Part shown: positions 8,990-20,281 of the stretch, in pieces
How the letters are laid out: each line of letters starts with the position of its first letter
Numbering within the stretch: the first letter of the stretch is position 1
Source: Gaiellaceae bacterium
Lineage (GTDB): Bacteria; Actinomycetota; Thermoleophilia; Gaiellales; Gaiellaceae
Direction of reading: 5' to 3'
Assembly: GCA_036494245.1 (NCBI GenBank)
Contig: DASXOM010000051.1
Coordinates: 1,512-65,511, forward strand
Length of the DNA: 64,000 nucleotides
Position numbers and translations under genes: made by a program
Notes under the pieces: model-generated
The model's database searches: none
What the model saw: only the letters and a program-made list of their open reading frames with translations
What the model was told of the DNA's origin: nothing

Positions 8990-9861
8990 GCGAACACCTC
9001 CCTGTACTCGTCGTCCTCGTCATCGTGTTCTTCTTCGAACTCGCGGCCCGTCGCGGCGAAGAACGCCTGCTCGAGCGTCTCGACGCCGAAGCGCCGCTTC
9101 ACGTCCTCGACCGGCTCGAGGAAGAGCAGCCGGCCGCGATCGAGCAAGCCGACCCGGTCCGCGAGCGTCTCGGCCTCGGCCATGTCGTGCGTGCAGAGCA
9201 GGATCGTGGCGTCGTGCTCCGCCCGCACCCGCCGGATGAACTCCTGCACCTCGAGCTTCGAGCGCGGGTCGAGCCCGGTCGTCGGCTCGTCGAGCAGGAG
9301 CAGGACGGGTGAGGTCAGGAGCGCCCGCGCGAGGGCGACCTTCTGCTGCATGCCGCGCGACAGGTTCTCCATCGCCTCGCCGCGCCGCTCGGCCGGGAAG
9401 CCGACCTCGGCGAGGATCTCCGGGACTCCCGTGCGAGTCTGCCGCGGCGTCATCCCGTAGAAGCGCGCCGCGTACGACAGGTTCTCGGACGCCGACATCT
9501 TCTTGAAGAAGCTCGCCTCGACCGAGACGCGGTTGACGAGCCGGCGAATCGTCGACGCCTCACGGTCCACGTCGTGGCCGAAGACCCGCGCCTCGCCGCC
9601 GTCGCTGATCAGCAGCGTCGAGAGCAGGCGGACGAGCGTCGACTTTCCCGAGCCGTTCTGGCCGAGGATCGCGACGCACTCGCCACGGGCGATCGTGAAG
9701 GTGACGTCGTCGAGCGCCGGCCACGGACGCCTGCGTGTGAAGCGGCCGCCTTTGCGGTCGCGGCGCCTGAACGTTTTCCTCAGGTCGCGCACCTCGACGG
9801 CGGGTGCCTGGCGGTCTAGGCGCGAGGCGAGATCGATTGTGGATGGTGCTTCAGTGGACAT
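8986..9861 (-). CDS. ABC transporter ATP-binding protein (ABC-2 exporter partner)
   Basis: Walker A GQNGSGKST, signature LSRGMQQKV, Walker B LLLLDEPTTGLD, H-loop CTHDM. Confidence 0.9.
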   Translation of the reverse strand: MSTEAPSTIDLASRLDRQAPAVEVRDLRKTFRRRDRKGGRFTRRRPWPALDDVTFTIARGECVAILGQNGSGKSTLVRLLSTLLISDGGEARVFGHDVDREASTIRRLVNRVSVEASFFKKMSASENLSYAARFYGMTPRQTRTGVPEILAEVGFPAERRGEAMENLSRGMQQKVALARALLTSPVLLLLDEPTTGLDPRSKLEVQEFIRRVRAEHDATILLCTHDMAEAETLADRVGLLDRGRLLFLEPVEDVKRRFGVETLEQAFFAATGREFEEEHDDEDDEYREVFA

Positions 9862-10178
9862 GCTGCTCCTTCGAAAGAAGAGGGAACGGAGGACGGAAAG
9901 CCGCCGGAGAGGCGGCGCGCGGACCTAAAGAGCGCCGCGGGGTCCGGCGAGCCGCACAGTGGCGCCTCCCCGGTTCCGGTCCATCACGTTCGTAAGCAAC
10001 ATGGTCTTCGCAGGGTAGGCGCTCGAAGCACCAGCGTCAAATACTCGCCGAGCCACGTACCGTGAAGGTCGATCGTGTTTCGATCTGCAGCAGAAGCGGA
10101 AAGCCAACTGCGGATGGCGCACGGGCCGTTCCCCCTCGGCCGCGGCCATCGTTGACGACCAATCGATCGGGGGACGGT

Positions 10179-11075
10179 ATGAAGAGGTTTCTGTTCGGTG
10201 CCGTATTCGCCGTGGCTGTTGCTGTCGCGCTCTTGCCGGCGAGCGTCGCTGCGGACATCAGCCCGCTGGAGACGACGCAGGTGATCCTTTCGTGCGGCGA
10301 CGGGCACAGCGTCGCCCTCTGGGCGGATCCGGCGACGCTGTCGAGCCTGACTGCGGATGTACAGGCGATCAACGCAGGCGGCGCAACGAGCTGCGCGCTC
10401 GATACGACGGCCGCCGATCCGCCTGCGACGTCTGCGAAGTGGACGGTGTACGACTACAACCCGTCCGGGCAGGAGATCGCACCTCGCAACTCGCCCGGCT
10501 CGATGCCCGCGGCGACCAGCGGGGACACGACGACGTTCGACTTCCTCCCCGGCCACTACACAGCCCTGTTGACGACGACGGACAAGTCGCTCACCGGCGA
10601 CCAGTCGTCGACGACCCTGAGCGACACGATCCAGCTCAGTGGGACGCCAGGGACGACTTTCGAGACGCAGCATGGCGGCGGCGATTGCGTGAACAACGTT
10701 CCGGCGGCGGTCAGGTTCTACTTCGTCTCACCGGCGGCCTCCGGAGCCACTCCGCCTCCTCCGGGGCAGCATCCGGCGGGGTTCTACACGCGGTTCTGGT
10801 GGTCGCATCCAGTTCAGCTTCATGATCTTGTCAGCGACGGCCAGAGCCTCACAATCACCGCGGACATGACCAATCCGGCCGAATGGTCGGACTGGAACGG
10901 CCAGTCCGGCGCGAATCCCACGGTCACCCCCGCATTCCTGACCGCGATCAGCCACGTGCAGGAGATCGGTCTCTCGTTCGGGGGCGAGTGCTTCTTCGAG
11001 ACCGGGGTCAAGGCCAACTACACCGACAGTCCGCCACCGTACGAGATGTTCGCCAGCACCTTCGGCGAAAGCTAG
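10179..11075 (+). CDS. Secreted hypothetical protein
   Basis: ATG at 10179 is preceded by GGGGGA. Signal peptide MKRFLFGAVFAVAVAVALLPASVAA. No family recognised. Confidence 0.6.
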   Translation: MKRFLFGAVFAVAVAVALLPASVAADISPLETTQVILSCGDGHSVALWADPATLSSLTADVQAINAGGATSCALDTTAADPPATSAKWTVYDYNPSGQEIAPRNSPGSMPAATSGDTTTFDFLPGHYTALLTTTDKSLTGDQSSTTLSDTIQLSGTPGTTFETQHGGGDCVNNVPAAVRFYFVSPAASGATPPPPGQHPAGFYTRFWWSHPVQLHDLVSDGQSLTITADMTNPAEWSDWNGQSGANPTVTPAFLTAISHVQEIGLSFGGECFFETGVKANYTDSPPPYEMFASTFGES

Positions 11076-11193
11076 GAGCGATGACACAGGGGCGGTCGCC
11101 GAGGCGGCCGCCCCGCCAACTCCTGGCATCCGGGCAAGGTGCTAGCTTCGCGGCAGGCGGCGCGCCGGAGCAGGCGGCCGCCGAGGCGAAGGA

Positions 11194-11227
11194 GCCTCGT
11201 GACCCGGGTGGTCGCGGGGCTTTTTTT
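11194..11227 (+). terminator. Intrinsic terminator-type hairpin with U7 tract
   Basis: 11-bp stem (11194-11204 pairs with 11210-11220, including two G-U pairs), 5-nt loop, then TTTTTTT at 11221-11227. Confidence 0.65.
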
Positions 11228-11248
11228 GTGCTCGGAGGAGGGAGCCGG

Positions 11249-11584
11249 ATGGTCAAGGTCGAGGCGGTGGTCGTGAGGGAGAGGGTCGAGACGGTGATCG
11301 ACGCCGTCGAGGATGAGACCGGCCACGTCGGCGTCACGGTCGTCGAGGCGATCGGGCACGGACGCGAGCGCGGGGTCACGCATGAGTACCGCGGCCGCAC
11401 GTTCGAGTCGCGCTTCCTGCCCAAGGCGTTGCTCACGTTCGTTGTCGACGACGCACTCGCCGAGCGGATCGCCGCCGCGATCGTCGACGCCGCCCGCACC
11501 GGTCATGCATCCGGCGACGGTCTCTGCTGGACGTCGCCCGTCGCGAACGTCGTCCACCACCGCACAGGGGAGCGTCTCCGATGA
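11249..11584 (+). CDS. glnK: P-II family nitrogen regulatory protein (divergent, Tyr51 replaced by Phe)
   Basis: ATG at 11249 after GGAGGAGGGAG. Aligns to GlnB/GlnK through GHGRERGVTHEYRGRTFESRFLPK and TGHASGDG...HHRTGE. Stop overlaps the amt start. Confidence 0.8.
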   Translation: MVKVEAVVVRERVETVIDAVEDETGHVGVTVVEAIGHGRERGVTHEYRGRTFESRFLPKALLTFVVDDALAERIAAAIVDAARTGHASGDGLCWTSPVANVVHHRTGERLR

Positions 11585-12960
11585 CTCACCACCAGCTGCT
11601 GATCGCCGCGAACACCATCTGGGTCGTCGTCGCGGCCGTCCTCGTCATGTTCATGCAGGCGGGCTTCGCCTTCCTGGAGGCGGGCCTGACGCGGATGAAG
11701 AACGCCGCGCACATCGCGGGCAAGAACGTGCTCATCTTCGGCGTCGCATCCCTCGTCTACTGGCTGGTCGGGTTCGGGCTCGCCTTCGGGAACGGGAACG
11801 GCTTCGTCGGCACGCACGGCTTCGCACCGTCGGCAGGTGAGCTGCTCGCGGTGGGGCAGGCGCCGTTTGCCGCGTTCACCGGGATCCCGGGCGCGACCGG
11901 CTGGCTGTTCGAGGTCGTCTTCGCCGGCGTGTCGCTCGCAATCGTCTGGGGCGCGATGGCCGAGCGCGCGAAGCTCTGGGTCTATTTCGCGTTCGGCGCG
12001 ATCTTCACCGTCGTCTACTCGCTCGTCTCGCACTGGATCTGGGCGCCCGGCGGCTGGCTGCAGCGCTTCGGGATGCAGGACTTCGCGGGCTCGACGGTCG
12101 TCCACTACCAGGGAGCACTCGCGGCGCTCGCCGGCGCGATCCTGCTCGGCCCGCGCATCGGCAAGTTCGGGCACGACGGCCGCGCCAACGCGATCCCGGG
12201 CCACAACATGCCGTACGCCGTGTTGGGGACGCTCATCCTCTGGTTCGGCTGGTTCGGCTTCAACCCCGGCTCGACGCTCGGGGTCGTGACCGGCGGTCAC
12301 GTCGGCTTCTTCGGCTACGTCGCGCTGACGACGAACCTCGCGGCGGCCGCGGGCGGCGTCGGCGGGATCTGCGTCGCGTGGCTCGTTCTCCGCAAGCCGG
12401 ACGTCTCGATGATGCTGAACGGTGTCCTCGCCGCCCTCGTGGCGGTCACCGCTGCGTGCGGCTTCGTCGCGCCCTGGGCAGCGATGCTGATCGGCTTCGT
12501 CGCGGCGGCGATCGCGGTCGTGGCGGTGCCACTTGTGGAGCGGCTCGGCATCGACGACCCGATCGGCGCCGTCGCGGTGCACGGTCTCGCCGGGGTCTGG
12601 GGGACGCTGGCGACCGGGCTGCTCGCGGTTCCCGCCCTGGCGGCCACCGTCGGCGTCGGGCGCGGCGGGCTCCTCTACACCGGCTCGCCGTACCAGCTCG
12701 GCGTGCAGCTGCTCGGCCTCGCGGCAGTCGGCGTCTTCACGTTCTCCGCTTCGTTCGGCTCGCTCTGGACGCTGAACCGACTGTGGGGGATCCGCGTCGA
12801 GCAGCACGTCGAGACCGCGGGCCTCGACGTCGCCGAGCACGGCATGTGGGGCTATCCCGAGTTCTACATCCCGGTCCCCGGCGGCTATGGCACGGAGTCG
12901 CACGGGCACCTGCTCGGACACGTTCACCGGCTTCCCGAGCCGGAATCCGAAGCCGCCTAG
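11581..12960 (+). CDS. amt: Ammonium transporter
   Basis: 459 aa with about 11 TMS. Amt signatures AGFAFLEAG and DFAGSTVVH. Confidence 0.95.
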   Translation: MTHHQLLIAANTIWVVVAAVLVMFMQAGFAFLEAGLTRMKNAAHIAGKNVLIFGVASLVYWLVGFGLAFGNGNGFVGTHGFAPSAGELLAVGQAPFAAFTGIPGATGWLFEVVFAGVSLAIVWGAMAERAKLWVYFAFGAIFTVVYSLVSHWIWAPGGWLQRFGMQDFAGSTVVHYQGALAALAGAILLGPRIGKFGHDGRANAIPGHNMPYAVLGTLILWFGWFGFNPGSTLGVVTGGHVGFFGYVALTTNLAAAAGGVGGICVAWLVLRKPDVSMMLNGVLAALVAVTAACGFVAPWAAMLIGFVAAAIAVVAVPLVERLGIDDPIGAVAVHGLAGVWGTLATGLLAVPALAATVGVGRGGLLYTGSPYQLGVQLLGLAAVGVFTFSASFGSLWTLNRLWGIRVEQHVETAGLDVAEHGMWGYPEFYIPVPGGYGTESHGHLLGHVHRLPEPESEAA

Positions 12961-12974
12961 TTAGGGTCGTTCGC

Positions 12975-13613
12975 ATGCCGTCGCTCTCGACCTACTCGGT
13001 CTTCCTCGCGACCGCGATCGTGCTCTTGCTGATCCCAGGGCCGGCGGTCCTGTACGTCGTCACGAGGAGCATCGAGATGGGCCGGGCCGGAGGGCTGGCC
13101 TCGGTCGCCGGGATCACGACGGGCACGGTTGCCTACGTCACGCTTGCGGCTGTGGGCCTCTCGTCGCTGATCCTCGCGTCGACGGCCGCCTTCGACGCGG
13201 TGAAGTACGTCGGCGCCGCGTATCTCTTCGTGCTCGGTGTGCGGCGTTTGCTCGGACGTGGCCTCGAGTCGCCGGACGAGGAAGCTGTGCCACGGACCCG
13301 GCGGCGCGCGTACGCACAGGGTGTGTTTGTCAACCTCACGAACCCGAAGACCATCGTTTTCGTCTTCGCGTTCCTGCCGCAGTTCGTCGACCCGAACTCG
13401 CAGGACGCCTGGCTGCAGGTACTCGCCCTGGGGCTCAGCTTTGCGCTCCTCGGCTTCCTCAGCGACAGCATGTGGGCGCTTGCCGCCGGGACGGTGGCCG
13501 ACCGCCTGCGTGGCTCGGCGGGGATCGTCCGGGTGCAGCGCTGGGTCGGCGGCGGTGTGCTCGTCGGCCTCGGGATCCTCGCCGCGGTGTGGACGCCGAG
13601 CCGCGCGCGGTGA
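12975..13613 (+). CDS. LysE/RhtB family amino-acid translocator
   Basis: ATG at 12975. N-terminal LLIPGPAVLYVV and NLTNPKTIVFVFAFLPQFV are typical of LysE. Confidence 0.85.
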   Translation: MPSLSTYSVFLATAIVLLLIPGPAVLYVVTRSIEMGRAGGLASVAGITTGTVAYVTLAAVGLSSLILASTAAFDAVKYVGAAYLFVLGVRRLLGRGLESPDEEAVPRTRRRAYAQGVFVNLTNPKTIVFVFAFLPQFVDPNSQDAWLQVLALGLSFALLGFLSDSMWALAAGTVADRLRGSAGIVRVQRWVGGGVLVGLGILAAVWTPSRAR

Positions 13614-14092
13614 TCCGCGAGCTCCGCCCCGAGGACTGGCCGGCGGTGCGGGCGATCTACGAGGAAGGGATTCGCGGCGGGGACGCGACCTTCGAGACCG
13701 AGACTTCGTCCTGGGAGAGGTGGGATGCGGCGCATCCCGAGTTGCGGCTCGTCGCCGAGCGGGAAGGCGGGGTGGTCGGCTGGGCCGCGCTCTCGCCGGC
13801 TTCGGGGCGCCACTGCTACCGCGGCGTCGGGGAAGTGAGCGTCTACGTCGCCGCAGAGGCGCGTGGCGCCGGCCTCGGGCGAGCGCTCCTCGCAGAGCTC
13901 GTCGAGCGCTCGGAGCGGGCCGGCTACTGGACGCTGACCGCGGGCGTGTTCCCCGAGAACGAGGCGTCGTTCCGGCTCCACAAGTCGTGCGGCTTCCGCG
14001 AGGTCGGCGTCCGCGAGGGGATCGGCGAAGCCGGCGGCGTCTGGCGAGACGTGATCTGGTTGGAGCGCCGCTCTACGCTGGTCGGCACGTGA
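13610..14092 (+). CDS. GNAT acetyltransferase, phosphinothricin/methionine-sulfoximine N-acetyltransferase-like
   Basis: GTG at 13610 overlaps the LysE stop (GTGA). Motifs: IRELRPEDWPAVRAIYEEGI, YRGVGEVSVYV, GAGLGRALL, NEASFRLHKSCGF. Confidence 0.8.
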   Translation: MIRELRPEDWPAVRAIYEEGIRGGDATFETETSSWERWDAAHPELRLVAEREGGVVGWAALSPASGRHCYRGVGEVSVYVAAEARGAGLGRALLAELVERSERAGYWTLTAGVFPENEASFRLHKSCGFREVGVREGIGEAGGVWRDVIWLERRSTLVGT

Positions 14093-14799
14093 GGTACCAG
14101 TTCGTCGATTGCCGGTGGGAGCTCGGGAACCCCGCGCGCGGGCGGGAGCTCTATCTCGCCGGTCACATCCCCGGCGCGTCGTTCCTCGACATCGACACCG
14201 ACCTCTCCGACCTCTCGGTTCAGGGCGCCGGGCGGCATCCGCTGCCGTCGGCGGAGAGCTTCGCCGCCGCGGCGGGTCGGGCCGGCATTGGGAACGGCGT
14301 ATACGTCGTTGCATACGGAAGCGGCGGCGGGCCGGAGCGGCTCTGGTGGCTCCTGCGCCACTTCGGCCACGAGGACTGCGCCGTGCTGCTCGGTGGCATC
14401 GAGGACTGGGGAGGCGAGTTACGCGCGGGCGAGGAGGAGATCGAGCCGGCCGAGTTCGTCCCGCGCGAGCGGAGCGGTGACACGATCGCGGCGGAGGAGA
14501 TCGCGCGCCGGCTCGCCGATCCGTCGCTCACGCTCGTGGACGCGCGCGTCGCCAACCGCTGGCGCGGCGAGCCGAACGAGATCGACGATCCGCCGGGACG
14601 GATCCCCGGCGCGGCCAACGCCGCCTGGAACGAGCCGTTGCCCCAGCTTCCGGACGGCGAGCTGGTTGCGTACTGCGGCTCCGGCGTGACCGCGTGCGTC
14701 ACCCTCCACCGCGCGTGGCTGGCAGGCCGCGAGGGACGTCTCTATCCGGGCTCGTGGAGCGAGTGGTCGCAGCGCGGCCTGCCGCTCGAGCGCGGCTAG
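14089..14799 (+). CDS. Thiosulfate/3-mercaptopyruvate sulfurtransferase (tandem rhodanese)
   Basis: GTG at 14089 overlaps the GNAT stop. GHIPGA in domain 1, RIPGAAN and active-site loop YCGSGVTAC in domain 2, then GSWSEW. Confidence 0.85.
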   Translation: MRYQFVDCRWELGNPARGRELYLAGHIPGASFLDIDTDLSDLSVQGAGRHPLPSAESFAAAAGRAGIGNGVYVVAYGSGGGPERLWWLLRHFGHEDCAVLLGGIEDWGGELRAGEEEIEPAEFVPRERSGDTIAAEEIARRLADPSLTLVDARVANRWRGEPNEIDDPPGRIPGAANAAWNEPLPQLPDGELVAYCGSGVTACVTLHRAWLAGREGRLYPGSWSEWSQRGLPLERG

Positions 14800-16172
14800 C
14801 GGCGGATCCCGGCGCCGGCGGCCGTAAGCGCGAACTTCGTCAGTGACGGCATTCGCTGCGCGCCTCTGATCGTCTTGCGGAGCGCGTCGGCGAACTCCTC
14901 GACGTCTGCGTCCGTCACCACGAGCGGCGGCAGGATCCGGATCACCGCCATGTCGTGGCCCGCGACCTGGGTGAGGATGCGGTGCTTCGTGAAGAGCGGG
15001 ACGACGACGAGCTGCGCGAAGAGGCCGCGTTGCGCGCGCTCGATCAGGCGGTACGACCGGCGCCCCCCGTTTTTGGGCTCGGCGAACTCGATCGCCCACG
15101 CGAGCCCGAGCCCGCGCACGTCCCGCACCACCTCGAACTCGTCCACCAGCGGCCGTGTCAGCTCGAGCAGCCGCTCGCCGAGCCGGGCGCTCTGCTCAAC
15201 GAGGCGCTGCTCGCGCAGCTCGTGAAGCGTCGCCAGCCCGGCCGCCATCGCGAGCTCGCTCGGCGCGAACGTCGAGCCGTGCGACATCGAGTGCGGCATC
15301 GAGTCGAAGACCGCCTCGTGCACCGAGCGCGCCATGAGCAGCGCGCCCGAGGGGACGTAGCCGCCGGAGAGCGTCTTGGCGAGCGTCACGAGGTCCGGCT
15401 CGAGACCCCAATGCTGGAAGGCGAACATCCGGCCCGTCCGGCCGAGCCCGTTCATCACCTCGTCGACGGCGAAGAGCGTGCCGTAGCGGCGGCAGAGTTC
15501 CTGCGCGCCAGCCAGGTAGCCGTCCGGCGCGATGTTGATGCCTTTCCCCTGCACGGGCTCGACGAGGAAGAGCGCGACGTCCTCGCGCCGCAGCTGTTCC
15601 TCCAGGGCGTCGAGGTCGCCGAACGGCACCTGCTCGAACCCGGGCAGGAGCGGCCGGAAGCGATCGGTGAACTCGTTGCCGCCGTTGGCAGAGAGGGCGC
15701 CGAGCGTCAGGCCGTGGAAGGCGTGGTCGGCGGAGAGGACGCGCCCGCGCCCCGTGGCGGTGCGCCCGAGCTTGATCGCCGACTCGACCGACTCGCTGCC
15801 GGAGCTCGTAAAGAGGCAGCGCTCGATGCGACCGCCGGCGAGCCCGATGAGCTCCTCCGCGAGGAGGCCGGGAAGGAGCGTCGTCCCCATCGCGAGCATC
15901 CCTGGGGTCTCGAGTCCGAGCGCCTCGACCAACGCGGCGCGGACCCGTGGGTTGTTGCGGCCGACGCCGTACATCCCGAAGCCGCCGAGCAGGTCGAGGT
16001 AGCGCGCCCCGTCCGCGTCGTAGAGGTACGCGCCCTCGGCGCGCGCCCACGTGCGGTCGAAGCCGATCGTCCTCAAGACCCGCACGAACTGCGGGTTGAT
16101 CGTGCGCGCCCAGAGGTCGAGATCCTCGCCGCGCCGCGAGTCGAGCAGCGCCTCGAGGCTGAAGTCGCTCAT
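14796..16172 (-). CDS. Class III (omega-type) PLP aminotransferase
   Basis: SGSESVE, FAVDEVMNGLGRTG and the PLP-Lys context LVTLAKTLSGG. Length 458 aa. Confidence 0.9.
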   Translation of the reverse strand: MSDFSLEALLDSRRGEDLDLWARTINPQFVRVLRTIGFDRTWARAEGAYLYDADGARYLDLLGGFGMYGVGRNNPRVRAALVEALGLETPGMLAMGTTLLPGLLAEELIGLAGGRIERCLFTSSGSESVESAIKLGRTATGRGRVLSADHAFHGLTLGALSANGGNEFTDRFRPLLPGFEQVPFGDLDALEEQLRREDVALFLVEPVQGKGINIAPDGYLAGAQELCRRYGTLFAVDEVMNGLGRTGRMFAFQHWGLEPDLVTLAKTLSGGYVPSGALLMARSVHEAVFDSMPHSMSHGSTFAPSELAMAAGLATLHELREQRLVEQSARLGERLLELTRPLVDEFEVVRDVRGLGLAWAIEFAEPKNGGRRSYRLIERAQRGLFAQLVVVPLFTKHRILTQVAGHDMAVIRILPPLVVTDADVEEFADALRKTIRGAQRMPSLTKFALTAAGAGIRR

Positions 16173-16220
16173 CGGGCTGGACTCTAGTTTCCCTTCGCCA
16201 CGTCGGGGTAGTCGGGGGCC

Positions 16221-16769
16221 ATGGGACTCGGCAAGCTGGTGCTACGGGCAACGCTCGGCGGCTACTTCTTCGGCCACGGGATGCAGAAGCTCGCCGGCTG
16301 GTTCGGCGGCGGCGGCCCCGAAGGGACAGGAGAGATGTTCGAGCAGATCGGCCTGCGCCCGGGACGAGAGAACGCACTGCTCGCCGGTGCGGCCGAAGCG
16401 GGCGGAGGCGCGCTCCTCGCCCTCGGCCTGTTCACGCCGGCAGCAGTGAGCATGCTCAGCGGCGTGATGACGAACGCGATCCGGCACGTCCATCGCCAGA
16501 ACGGCCTCTGGGTCACGGACGGCGGGATCGAGTACCCGGCCGTGATCCTCGCCGTCCTCGCGGCGCTCGCGGACAGCGGGCCGGGGCGCTTTTCTCTCGA
16601 CGAGGCGCTGGGGATCAGGCTGCGCGGCCCGGTCGTGACGGCGGTCGCGATGGCCGCCGGCGCCGCGGGGGCCGTCTACGTCGCGCAGCACGGGGAGGAG
16701 CTCTTCGAGGGGCACGACGCCGACGACGCGTTGAGCCGCTCGACCGAGAAGGTCGGCGCCGAGAGCTAA
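16221..16769 (+). CDS. DoxX family membrane protein
   Basis: N-terminal LRATLGGYFFGHGMQKLAGWFGG is typical of DoxX. 4 TMS. Confidence 0.8.
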   Translation: MGLGKLVLRATLGGYFFGHGMQKLAGWFGGGGPEGTGEMFEQIGLRPGRENALLAGAAEAGGGALLALGLFTPAAVSMLSGVMTNAIRHVHRQNGLWVTDGGIEYPAVILAVLAALADSGPGRFSLDEALGIRLRGPVVTAVAMAAGAAGAVYVAQHGEELFEGHDADDALSRSTEKVGAES

Positions 16770-17047
16770 CTGCCGAAGCGCTCGAGGAGGCGCTCGGCGT
16801 ACCAGTCCTCGCACCGCTCGTCATGCGGCTCGGACGTGTAGCCGCGGTCGAGCCCGACGAGCTCATAGACGAGGTGGCTGCGAACCGGAGCCCCGCCGAG
16901 CAGCTGCGGCAGCTCCGAGTGGTCGAGCAGCCAGTCGGCGTACCAGGATGCCCAGTCCGGATCGTCCCCGTCGACGATGCGGTAGACGATGTGGTGAGTC
17001 TCGCCCGCCTCGTGCAGCAGGCCGGCCACAGCGCGGGCATCGCTCAT
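16766..17047 (-). CDS. Hypothetical protein
   Basis: ATG at 17045-17047 (MSDARAV) preferred over the TTG at 17083, which would lie inside the terminator hairpin. Acidic, Trp-rich 93-aa product. Confidence 0.5.
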   Translation of the reverse strand: MSDARAVAGLLHEAGETHHIVYRIVDGDDPDWASWYADWLLDHSELPQLLGGAPVRSHLVYELVGLDRGYTSEPHDERCEDWYAERLLERFGS

Positions 17048-17083
17048 GGCGCCGATCCTCGCAGGTCGAACGAGCGCGTACAA

Positions 17084-17113
17084 CTGAAGGGCCCGCTCGC
17101 GCGGGCCCTTCAG
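17084..17113 (-). terminator. Perfect 13-bp hairpin downstream of the S8 protease gene
   Basis: CTGAAGGGCCCGC-tcgc-GCGGGCCCTTCAG, 25 nt below the protease stop. Only a short T-run follows on the minus strand. Confidence 0.55.
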
Positions 17114-17137
17114 TATTCGGCTGTTGAACCGTCGGTT

Positions 17138-18757
<1,620 letters not shown>

Positions 18758-18978
18758 CTGGAGAGCCCCCTCCCAAGTCGTTTCGAGTCCCGGTCGGAAC
18801 CCTGATGGAGCCGGGAATCCTAGGCGATTCGTCACCGCGACCATTGCGTAACCGGTTGCGCCTGCAGCCCTGTCCCACGCCGCGGGCATCTACGAGCTTG
18901 CCGCAGCGGGAGCGGCGGTGCACGATGTGCCTCGCGGAACAGTCGGTACGCCGGGGGCGCGCGGCACAATGTCGCCCG

Positions 18979-19050
18979 GCCCCCGTAGCTCAGTGGATAG
19001 AGCAGCGGTTTCCTAAACCGCGTGCGCATGTTCGATTCATGCCGGGGGCA
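18979..19050 (+). tRNA. tRNA-Arg (anticodon CCT)
   Basis: Manual cloverleaf. Acceptor GCCCCCG/CGGGGGC, D-arm GCTC-AGTGGATA-GAGC, anticodon arm GCGGT-TTCCTAA-ACCGC, T-arm GCATG-TTCGATT-CATGC, discriminator A. No encoded CCA. Confidence 0.9.
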
Positions 19051-19074
19051 TCGCGAATGCGCCTGGATCGAGGG

Positions 19075-20277
<1,203 letters not shown>

Positions 20278-20281
20278 GTGG

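Noticed and set aside
7485-9023. Composite track ORFs read as single genes: 7485..9023, 20282..21976, 13237..14799, 12378..13613, 36721..38949, 38352..39917, 10883..11584 and 5710..6759.
   Set aside because: Only the C-terminal portion of each shows family homology. The upstream parts overlap the real upstream gene in another frame. Starts were moved to internal ATG/GTG codons that form 4-nt overlaps or have SD sequences.
9930-10010. ZTP (pfl)-riboswitch-like strings in the ABC-2 leader (CGUGAUGGAC, ACCGGGGAGG, CGCCGGAC).
   Set aside because: I could not build the P1/P2 helices or the pseudoknot pairing required by the ZTP consensus. The downstream genes (ABC-2 exporter and others) are not purine or folate genes. 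The region is kept only as an unclassified structured leader.
18979-19074. tRNA-Arg as the attachment site of a genomic island.
   Set aside because: No integrase or phage or plasmid genes are nearby, and I saw no direct repeat of the tRNA 3' end. The flanking genes are ordinary metabolic operons in the same high-GC style.
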